A DNA stretch of 64,000 nucleotides from a virus: positions 19,008-83,007 of IMG/VR virus record IMGVR_UViG_3300009702_000021, one strand, 5' to 3'. Shown here piece after piece: positions 10,086-18,900 of the stretch. Below the pieces are notes generated by a model, which was given only the letters and a program-made list of their open reading frames with translations, had not been told where the DNA came from and made no database searches. Position 1 is the first letter of the stretch; every line of letters begins with the position of its first letter. The position numbers and the translations under genes are program-made.

Positions 10086-10894
10086 TGCGAGTCGTCACCA
10101 TCGCTCTGATCCTGGGCGTCCTGGTCCAGGGCTGCTGCAACCCCGATGTCAAGATGAACCTCAGCTACGGACCTATGTCGGAGAACACGTTCGATGTCTA
10201 CTCACCAGGCGAGTTCTGTCCTGGTCACGGCAAGTCGAACCGGCCGGCGATTATCGCAATCCATGGCGGGGCCTGGCGTAGCGGAGACAAGAGCTGGGGT
10301 GAGCGGGTCGCGGACCGGTTCACTCCGAACGGCTACGTGGTGTTCAGCATCAACTACCGGCTCGCGCCGGGATCACGCTGGCCCGCCCAGATCAACGACT
10401 GCGTGGCAGCCCTGCGCTACTTTCGCGGTACCGCAAACCTCTGGGGCATCGACCCGGACCGAATCGCCGCATTCGGGGTATCCGCCGGAGGCCACCTAGC
10501 CGCCATGCTGGCGCTCCGTGGGCCAGACCGGGTGAATGTAGCAGTGACTGCTGATGGGGAGGGAGACCTGGCGGTATTCGGGAGAGCCCCAATCATGGCC
10601 GACGAGACGTCGATCCTGGAGGACGTACTGGGGCCCCAGCCATTCACCCAGGCGGACCTCGTGTCACTGAGCCCAGTCCGCTACGTGCGGCCCGACGTGG
10701 CCCTCATGGTCATCCACTCAACAGGTGACCAGAACGTCTACTACGACCAGGGAGTACGCCTCCACGACGCCCTCCTGGAAGCCGGAGCAACGACGGCGTT
10801 CGAGACCGTTAACGACGACTGCCACGGAAGGTGTTGGCGAGAGCCGAAGCCACTCCGGGCGATCAAGCGATTCCTAGCTGACAACCTGAATTAG
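10085..10894 (+). CDS. Alpha/beta hydrolase (HSL-type esterase), predicted lipoprotein
   Basis: HGGAW oxyanion motif, GVSAG nucleophile elbow, catalytic D and H; N-terminal hydrophobic stretch ending LVQGC. Confidence 0.85.
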   Translation: MRVVTIALILGVLVQGCCNPDVKMNLSYGPMSENTFDVYSPGEFCPGHGKSNRPAIIAIHGGAWRSGDKSWGERVADRFTPNGYVVFSINYRLAPGSRWPAQINDCVAALRYFRGTANLWGIDPDRIAAFGVSAGGHLAAMLALRGPDRVNVAVTADGEGDLAVFGRAPIMADETSILEDVLGPQPFTQADLVSLSPVRYVRPDVALMVIHSTGDQNVYYDQGVRLHDALLEAGATTAFETVNDDCHGRCWREPKPLRAIKRFLADNLN

Positions 10895-10908
10895 AGACTG
10901 GAGACCAC

Positions 10909-11190
10909 ATGCCGTATTTCCCGAAGGCCCGTAAGGCCGGATTCACCCTCGCCATCCTCACGGCACTGATCCTGCCTGGGTGCTGTACCTGTCAGGAGCG
11001 CTACGACCCGTTCCTGGGGCAGCTCGAGGAGAACCTCCGGGACGACATCAGGCCCAAGTATGAGGCTGCCCTGAAGGCCTCGAACCGGCCGGCTGACCTG
11101 ATGAAGAACGACCTCGGGCTCGTCGACAACATGATCTCGGCGATCAAGCGCATCCGCACGAGCAGCCCCCAGACTGGAGGTGATGAGTGA
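10909..11190 (+). CDS. Putative lipoprotein
   Basis: Basic N-terminus, hydrophobic helix and LPGC lipobox-like motif. Confidence 0.55.
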   Translation: MPYFPKARKAGFTLAILTALILPGCCTCQERYDPFLGQLEENLRDDIRPKYEAALKASNRPADLMKNDLGLVDNMISAIKRIRTSSPQTGGDE

Positions 11191-11651
11191 CTGGGAAGCT
11201 GGTCAGGGATATCGGGTCCGTTGCGGTACCCGAGATCGAGAGGCTCAGCAAGCAGATCGCAGATGACTTCCTCGGTGGACTCAGTGACGTCCTCAAGGAT
11301 GCTGCTGAGTCCCAGCAGGAAGAGGTCAAGGCGATCCTCCAGGAGGGCGCGAAGTTCAAGTGGAAGGCCCTCACGGCAGACGACGCTGCTCAGGCACGCC
11401 AGTACGCCGAGGCCGTTGAGACGTCCGTTCGGCGCGTCAAGACGATCTTGTTGGCTGAGGAGATCGTGGCCGAGGAGAAGCTGGCGGCGGTGATCAGTCG
11501 CCTCTGGGGCAAGGCCCTCGATGGTCTGGCTGTCATCGCTCAGGGGCTCCTGACCACGGTAGTCAAGGGCATCGTGCAGGGAGCCGTGTCGGGATTCACC
11601 GGAGGGGAGGGAGGAGACTCAAACATCAACGGCATCTTTCACTTCTCCTGA
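11187..11651 (+). CDS. Hypothetical helical protein
   Basis: GGAGG RBS; overlapping start/stop; host-like codon usage. Confidence 0.55.
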   Translation: MTGKLVRDIGSVAVPEIERLSKQIADDFLGGLSDVLKDAAESQQEEVKAILQEGAKFKWKALTADDAAQARQYAEAVETSVRRVKTILLAEEIVAEEKLAAVISRLWGKALDGLAVIAQGLLTTVVKGIVQGAVSGFTGGEGGDSNINGIFHFS

Positions 11652-11685
11652 GCTACCCAAGCCACCTGGAATCAAGGAGCAGATC

Positions 11686-12048
11686 ATGGCTGAATTCACC
11701 GAGAAGCAGGTCCTCGACGCCATCAAGCGGATCAGGGACGCGTTCACCGACGGCAAGATCGAGCTAAAGGACATCTATCTGCTCATCAAGGAGGCGACCG
11801 AGTTCGCAGAACTGGCGAACCTCCCGGGTGAGGAGAAGCGCGCTTTGGCGATGCGCGTCGTCAAGAAGGTCCTCGAGCAGACCGACATCCCGTGGCTGCC
11901 CGACAAGCTGACCCTCCCGATCGTCGGTGACGTCGGCGCAGATGCACTGATCATGCGCTTCCTGCCGAGCATCCTGGACCTCGTGGTCGATGCAAGTCGC
12001 GGTAAGTTGGCCCTGAACAAAGCTGACGCTGACTCGACCGAGGCCTAG
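11686..12048 (+). CDS. Hypothetical protein (possible lysis-associated)
   Basis: AAGGAG RBS; GEEKRALA motif; last gene before the terminator. Confidence 0.5.
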   Translation: MAEFTEKQVLDAIKRIRDAFTDGKIELKDIYLLIKEATEFAELANLPGEEKRALAMRVVKKVLEQTDIPWLPDKLTLPIVGDVGADALIMRFLPSILDLVVDASRGKLALNKADADSTEA

Positions 12049-12072
12049 CGCCCAAGGACAACCTTTGCTGAT

Positions 12073-12117
12073 GGCAGCGCGCGGTCCATCCAACCGGGGG
12101 GCCGCGCGCTGCCTTTT
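12073..12117 (+). terminator. Rho-independent terminator ending the structural operon
   Basis: ggcagcgcgcggtcc...gggccgcgcgctgcc stem followed by TTTT. Confidence 0.7.
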
Positions 12118-12199
12118 GGGGGTCGTAGTCATCTCAAGCGTACTATGTAGTGCTGTTCAGCTGAGAACTGATAACTAATACAGCTAGGGGGTACAGTAC

Positions 12200-12808
12200 A
12201 TGGCACTGACGTTGGAGCACGCTGACTTCGACTCGCCAGTTGAGGGCGGACGGGCTGGCCTACTGGCATGGTGGGTCAAGGACGAGGAGCGCAAGCAGCC
12301 ATTCCTCTGCATCCGCTGGGCCGACCTCCTGGTGATACGCCCTAGGGTCTCCTGGCCCCGTGACCTAGACAGGAAGGCTATCGATGGCTGGGGACGGGAC
12401 AGCCAACACCTCGCCTACGTGCCATCGATGGGGATGTGGACGATACAGACCATTGTTCCGGTTCCGGCGCTCGGAGACCTCATGAGTTTGCGGCGCCGCA
12501 AGTACCAGCGAGCCAAGCTAGGGCGCCGGGTCTTCAGGTGGTCGAAGCGACTCAGGTTCCGTGAGCTGGACCTCTGCAACCCTGGGCTGGGCTGTAGCCT
12601 CTGGATCCCCAAGAGGTCCCTGAGGCGTCTCGAGGCAGCCCTGGAGGGCGCGGTAGGGCCCCTGAAGGGAGACCTCGACGCCAGGATAGTCCAGCCGCCC
12701 TGGGACGAAGGCACGGACCTCCTGGTTGTCTGGAAGGGAGGAGATGTCAGGGCCTCGGCGTCAATTGTCCCGACCGGAGTCCTCGAGCGCAGCATGGCGG
12801 ACAGGTGA
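12200..12808 (+). CDS. Hypothetical protein
   Basis: First ORF after an AT-richer intergenic region; coupled to the SNF2 gene. Confidence 0.5.
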   Translation: MALTLEHADFDSPVEGGRAGLLAWWVKDEERKQPFLCIRWADLLVIRPRVSWPRDLDRKAIDGWGRDSQHLAYVPSMGMWTIQTIVPVPALGDLMSLRRRKYQRAKLGRRVFRWSKRLRFRELDLCNPGLGCSLWIPKRSLRRLEAALEGAVGPLKGDLDARIVQPPWDEGTDLLVVWKGGDVRASASIVPTGVLERSMADR

Positions 12809-15543
12809 TCAAGGTCACGGTCTCGCCTGCCGGCACGGTCATCTTGGAGCCTACTTCCCAGGCCGACAAGAAGACCGTAAAGGACCTGCTATACGTCGTT
12901 CGCCGGAAAGGTAAATGGGTCACGTTCTGGACCTACCTCGTAGACCTCCGTCGTGACGTACCGGCGGGACTGCTCCAGTGGCACCCAGCGGCAACAGCCA
13001 GGATCCGAGCCTTGCTCCGTCAGGTCCGGGATCTAATCCGGGGAGACGATGAGAGGATTGCCGGGCAATTCAAGCCAGACCGGAGGCCCTACGACTTCCA
13101 GATGCAGGCGATCCACGCTGGCCTGAAGGCCAAGCAGATACTTATCGCTGACGATACGGGCCTCGGGAAATTATCCCCAGTCGACACCCCCGTCCTGACT
13201 CCTCTGGGCTGGCGGGAGATCGGGTCAATCCGCAAGGGAGACAGGGTCATTGGATCGGACGGGAAGCCTACAGAGGTGACGGGAGTGTTCCCACAGGGGG
13301 TCAAGCCAAGTTACCGGGTAACGTTCTCTGACGGGTCCAGCGCAGAGGCCGGACCAGAGCACCTCTGGGCGGTTGATTACTGGAGGGGAGGTCGTACCAA
13401 GTCTCGCATCGTTATAACTACTGATGATCTACGACTGCGTCCAATCAAGGATGGACTCGACCTCTCCAAGACCAGGCTCATGGTCCCCATGCTCTCTGGT
13501 CCGGTCGAGTTCGATAAGGGCCATCCCTTGCCTATCCCTCCATATGCAATGGGTGCGTTGATCGCTAATGGGGGGCTGACTTGTGGATCGGCTGTGCTTA
13601 CCTACGGGACCAAAGACTGGGACGAGATTAGGAACCTGATCTATGAGGGATACGGCTACGAACCTATGGGGAAGATTCAGAGGTCAGCCAACACAACACG
13701 AGCCAGCCTCCTCGGGGCGATAGTCGCCGTTCGCGATCTCAAACTGGATGTGAGAAGTCAGGAAAAGTACATTCCGACCTGCTACGCCACTGCATCTCCG
13801 GTTGACAGACTGAAACTCCTGCGCGGGCTCATGGATGCAGACGGGTCGATCACCAAGAAAAGGAATCGAGTCACCTACCATACGATCTCTTACGACCTAG
13901 CCCACGACGTGGCTGGGCTCGTGCAAGGACTTGGTGGGATTGGCAGTGTTCGACGCTATGACCGGACCCATGAGGGTAAGCCGGTCGAGTATCAGGTCAG
14001 GGTCAAGATGCCACATGGCATCAACCCGTTCTCACTTAGGCGAAAAGCAGACCGATATAACCCAGGACCCAAGGCTGGCCCCTGCCGAACGATCAGGACG
14101 GTCGAGTACGTTCGTGAGGCTGAGTCGGTCTGCATTTCTGTAGCTGCCAGTGACTCGCTCTACGTGGTCAAGGACCATATCTTGACTCACAACACCATCG
14201 AGTGCCTAGGAATCATGCTGACGGCCTTTCGGGAACGGTCGATCAAGCGCGCAGTCCTGGTCGTCCCAGCCGGGCTCAAGCACCAGTGGGCCGAGGAGAT
14301 CGAAGAGTTCGCGCTCGAGGCACCGGACCCGGTGATGATCGCCGTCTCGGGAAAGAACCCACGGCGCCGGAAGCAGCTATACAAGAAGCCATGGCGGGTC
14401 CTGATCATCAACCCAGAGCTAGTAAGGATCGATGAGGACAGCCTCAGGGAAGTGGCGAATGGTGTAGGCTTCGTAGCCCTCGACGAGGCATCCTGTATCC
14501 GCAACGAGGACTCGCAGATCGCTAGGGTCATGAAGCGCCTCTGGGCCTCGGCGATCTACAAGGTGGCCCTGACGGCTACTCCTGTCGAGAACCGGCTCGC
14601 GGACCTCTGGTCGATCATCCGCTGGGTAAGCCCGAAGGCGTTCCTGAGCCGGACCTACTTCGACCGCCACTACATCGTCTGGAGGAAGCTGAGGTTCAAG
14701 GTCAAGAAGCGTACGGGACGCACGGTCACGATTACCAAGGAGGAGCCCTTGCGGTACCGCAACCTCCGGGAGGTAGAGTCAAAGATCAGGCACTGCTACA
14801 TCAGGCGCCGCGTCAGCGAAGTCGGGAAGGAGCTACCCGAGCTTGTTGTCCAGTGGGACCAGCTGCTACTCCCGAAGCGTCAGCGCGCGATCTACGACGC
14901 CGTCAAGGACAAGCTCGAGAAGAAGATCAAGGGCCTACGCGGTGTCGCCCTCCACGCGCCACTCCAGGCCCTAAGGCAGGCGTGTAACAGCACCGCCCTA
15001 GTCGAGAAGGATCGCGGGCAGAAACACGCCTCAGTCAAGATCGATCGGCTCAGGGAGCTGTTGGAGACCGAGTTCACTGGCGAACAGGTGATCGTGTTCA
15101 CCGACTACGAGCGGTTCGGCCGGATCCTCAAGCACGAGCTGAGGGCCTACCGACCCGTGACCTACACCGGGAAGATGAACCGTCGGGACCGCCAGCAGGC
15201 GATCGATGCATTCAGGCTCGGTGATCGTAGGATCCTGATCGGGACCAAGGCACTCGAGCGGGGTCATAACCTCCAGAATGCCGCGATCGTGGTGAACATC
15301 GACCTCCCGTTCAACCCGGCCTCGGTCAAGCAGCGCCTCGGCCGAGTACGCCGCCTCGGCTCCAAGCACCAGACGGTCCGGCTCTGGAACATGGTAGTCA
15401 ACGACACCGTCGAGGAGCGACTGATCATGCGCTCGCTCTACGCGAAGCGGAAGCTGTTCGAAGGGATCTTCGAGTCGGACGAGCTGACCGACGCCGACCC
15501 CCTGGAGAGGATGGTCGGAGGTAAGCTGTGGGACCTCTTGTAG
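12805..15543 (+). CDS. SNF2-family helicase/ATPase containing an intein
   Basis: DDTGLGK|T Walker A, LDEA Walker B, LTATPVEN, motif VI QRLGRVRR. Confidence 0.9.
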   Translation: MIKVTVSPAGTVILEPTSQADKKTVKDLLYVVRRKGKWVTFWTYLVDLRRDVPAGLLQWHPAATARIRALLRQVRDLIRGDDERIAGQFKPDRRPYDFQMQAIHAGLKAKQILIADDTGLGKLSPVDTPVLTPLGWREIGSIRKGDRVIGSDGKPTEVTGVFPQGVKPSYRVTFSDGSSAEAGPEHLWAVDYWRGGRTKSRIVITTDDLRLRPIKDGLDLSKTRLMVPMLSGPVEFDKGHPLPIPPYAMGALIANGGLTCGSAVLTYGTKDWDEIRNLIYEGYGYEPMGKIQRSANTTRASLLGAIVAVRDLKLDVRSQEKYIPTCYATASPVDRLKLLRGLMDADGSITKKRNRVTYHTISYDLAHDVAGLVQGLGGIGSVRRYDRTHEGKPVEYQVRVKMPHGINPFSLRRKADRYNPGPKAGPCRTIRTVEYVREAESVCISVAASDSLYVVKDHILTHNTIECLGIMLTAFRERSIKRAVLVVPAGLKHQWAEEIEEFALEAPDPVMIAVSGKNPRRRKQLYKKPWRVLIINPELVRIDEDSLREVANGVGFVALDEASCIRNEDSQIARVMKRLWASAIYKVALTATPVENRLADLWSIIRWVSPKAFLSRTYFDRHYIVWRKLRFKVKKRTGRTVTITKEEPLRYRNLREVESKIRHCYIRRRVSEVGKELPELVVQWDQLLLPKRQRAIYDAVKDKLEKKIKGLRGVALHAPLQALRQACNSTALVEKDRGQKHASVKIDRLRELLETEFTGEQVIVFTDYERFGRILKHELRAYRPVTYTGKMNRRDRQQAIDAFRLGDRRILIGTKALERGHNLQNAAIVVNIDLPFNPASVKQRLGRVRRLGSKHQTVRLWNMVVNDTVEERLIMRSLYAKRKLFEGIFESDELTDADPLERMVGGKLWDLL
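13171..14193 (+). mobile_element. Class 3-type intein with in-frame LAGLIDADG endonuclease, in the SNF2 Walker A
   Basis: Begins with Leu; EHLW, VCISV, THN followed by T; GALIANGG and LRGLMDADGS motifs. Confidence 0.9.
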
Positions 15544-15586
15544 GGTCGCTCTCGGCCCGTGCGTTGAATGAGATAGGAGGTCCCGC

Positions 15587-15877
15587 ATGGCCGAAGAACG
15601 AGTATTAGCACATGCACCGAAGCTGCTACAGGACATCGTGGACGGGCTCAAGGACCTCGAGCAGGAGGAGCAGCGGAAACAAGCCGCCTGCGTCCCGTTC
15701 CACCCGATCCAGTTCGCCCACATCGGCGTCACGTTCTATGAGGGCGGCGGTGACACCGGAGACGTCGTCTGGGACGGTAGCCTGGCGACGGCGCTGGACT
15801 TCATCTCCAACGACACCTACTGGGACGAGGAGCGCAACTGGGCCGGCGCCGACACGGCGAGCGTGAGCTATGGATAG
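15587..15877 (+). CDS. Hypothetical protein
   Basis: AGGAGG RBS upstream. Confidence 0.5.
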   Translation: MAEERVLAHAPKLLQDIVDGLKDLEQEEQRKQAACVPFHPIQFAHIGVTFYEGGGDTGDVVWDGSLATALDFISNDTYWDEERNWAGADTASVSYG

Positions 15878-15996
15878 GCACCTCTGCTCCGACTGCGGTC
15901 GCAGCTATGAGACCGACGAGGACATCCCGGATAAATCTACCTAGTTAACTCGCCACCAACTCCCGAAGCACCAGACGCCAAGACGGAGGTCTGTTC

Positions 15997-18900
15997 ATGG
16001 GAAAGAAACGCACTTGGTTCCCACACTTCCACGTCCATGACGAGCACTCGATCAAGGACGGCTGCTCGACCGTCGAGACCTACGCCGACCTGGTAGTTGA
16101 GTCAGGCGGAGACTGCCTAGCGATCACGAATCACGGGCAGGCAGCCGGGTTCGCGCGCCAGTACTTCGCCTGCCGTGACCGAAAGATCAAGCCCGTCTTC
16201 GGCATGGAGGCCTACGTCAACGAGTGGAGGACTCGCCCGATCAAGAGGCTCCAGGAGGAGCTGAAGAAGGCCGAGAAGGCTGCCAAGAAGTCGCCAGCCA
16301 GGCTCTCACAGATCAAGGCCAAGCAGGAGTCCCTCAAGCGGTTCATTGCTGAGCGGTTCCGGCCAAGCCCACATGCGATCATCCTCGCTAAGAACCGGGT
16401 CGGCTACCAGAACCTCGTTCGCATGAGCACGGACAGCTACCAGCACGGCTTCTACTATGTGCCGCGGACCGACACCAAGTTCCTCTCCGAGCACCGCGAG
16501 GGGCTGATCTACAGCACAGCCTGCATCGGTGGCTACATCCCCAGGATGGCCCGGGTAGACTTCGCCGCTGCGTGCGAGGAGGCTCGTCGGCTCAAGGCGA
16601 TCTTCGAGGACGGCGGAGGTGGCTTCTACGTCGAGCTGATGATCACCGAGTACGAAGCACAGCGTGAGACCAACGAGGTCATGATCCGGCTCGCCACCGA
16701 GATCGGCGCCAAGTGCATCCTGACCTGCGACGTCCACTACGCGAAGCCCGACGACGGGCAGGCGCAGAACGTCCTCCTGCTGATGCGGGACAAGAAGACG
16801 ATAGCCGACCGGGAGGCCGGCGAGGGAGTCTGGCAGTTCGAGGCTAAGGACCTCTGGTGGAGGACGGTCCAGGACGTGGTCCAGTGCTGGAGGGAGAACC
16901 ACTCGGACTACATGGACCGGAGCTGTTTCCAGGCTGCCCTCAAGAACACCCTTGCCCTGGCAGACGAGATCGAGGACGTCGAGTTCGATACGAGCCTCAA
17001 GCTACCTGGGGTCTTCAAGGAGCCAGATCACGACCTCAAGGAGCTGGTCAAGTCGGGCTTGCGGTACCGCAAGGAGCACGGGCAGCTAGCGCCGGGAGTC
17101 AAGCTCTCGGAGTACACCGATCGGATCAAGCGTGAACTATCGGTCATCAGCCCCAAGGGGTTCAGCGAGTACTTCCTGATCCTGCACGACGTCTGCCGGG
17201 CAGCCCGGGAGATGGGAGCCCGCATGGGCCCGGGCCGCGGTAGTGCCGGCGGATCCCTGACGGCCTACCTCTGTCGGATAACCGAGATTGATCCGCTCAG
17301 GTTCGGACTCCTGTTCGAGCGGTTCCTCGATGCCGGCCGCGATGACCCACCGGACATTGACCTCGATTTCTCCCCGGAACACCGAGACGGCATCAAGGCC
17401 TATGTCGAGAAGGCCTACCCGGCAACTGCAACGATCGGGTCCAACGCTACATTCAAGCCGCGCGCCACGCTCCAGGACGTCGGCCGGGTCTTCGGGATCG
17501 ACTACCGGGAGATGCAGCAGATAACCAAGCCCCTGGGTACCGAAGCTGATGACATGACGTGGGATGAAATCTTCGAGGCCTGGCCGGCCGTTGAGAGGTT
17601 TGCTGACGACCACCCGGAGGCGTGGAGCGTCGTCCGGGTCCTCCGGGGGCTCATCAGCCACCGCGGCAAGAATGCTGCCGGGATGCTCATCGCTCCGGCC
17701 TCAGCCCTCAACGACGTCCCGATGATCATGGAGACGGACAGCAAGGGCAACAAGATGACCGTGACAGCATTTGCGGACAGCCAGGGAGACGGAGTCGAGC
17801 ACAAGGGGCGGGAGCTGACTCGACTCGGCTACCTAAAGGCCGACCTGCTCGGTGTCCGAAACCTGAACATCGCGCCGCAAGCAGTCGAGATCGTAGCGCG
17901 GGATACTGGGCAGGAGATCGACCTAGAGTCACTCTCCCTCGACGACGAGGAGACGCTCCAGACTGCGGCAACGGGAGACGTCCCAGGGGCCTTCCAGCTC
18001 GACACCAACACGACGCGACCGATCCTCCGTCACGTCGGGGTAGATAGCTTCGCTGACCTAGTCATGATTACTGCCCTCTGCCGACCAGGTCCCCTCAAGA
18101 ATCAGATTCATCGTGAGTTCGCCAAACTCAAGCGCAGCGATGCATGGGAGGACGATGTACTGCCAGAACTAAGGGAGCTGCTCCGGGACAGCCGCGGACT
18201 CATGGTCCTCCAGGAGGACGTCATGTGGGTCGTGCAGGTAGTCAGCGGCATGTCGATGCAGGAGGCCAACATGCTCCGAAAGATCATGTCGAAGAAGCAA
18301 CCTGAGGCGATGAAGCAGTGGAAGGAGAGGTTCGTTGAGGGAGGCAAGGAGGTAGGGCTCGCCACGGAAGAGGAGCTGGTCGAGCTGTGGGACAAGATCA
18401 AGACCTTTGCCGGCTACGGGTTCAATAAATGTGTATGTTATAATCAGCCCATCACCGTGAGGCGGACTTGCGGTACCGCAAAGGAGACTGATCGTGGGCA
18501 AGAGTACACCAACGAAGTGCGCGTGTGGGGCGGTGTTCCCGAAGAAGAAGTTGTGGGTGGACCACAAGAGGACGTGCAGTCCACACAAGGAGATAGTCAA
18601 ACAGGCCCGGCTGTCCAACCTCGCCAAGGCCAATGCACCGGATGCGAGGGAGAGGGCGCGAAAGACTTTCCTGATGAGGGATTACGAGGTAACCGAGGCC
18701 CAGAGAGATGCTCGAAGGAAGAATGCCCGCAAGCACCTCACGCCGTGGGCGCAGAGCGAGGATGGCAGGAGGGTGTCTTCCGAGACAGCCAAGAAAACGT
18801 CAGCGAGGAAGGATGTCAAGCAGGCGAGGGCGAAGCGCATGAAAGAGTGGGTGCGAAACAATCCAGGAGTGATCGCTCGGACAGGTCAGCGTGCAGCGGC

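Noticed and set aside
11221-11230. Partial motif TTGCGGTACC
   Set aside because: The right arm is absent, so it was not counted as a site
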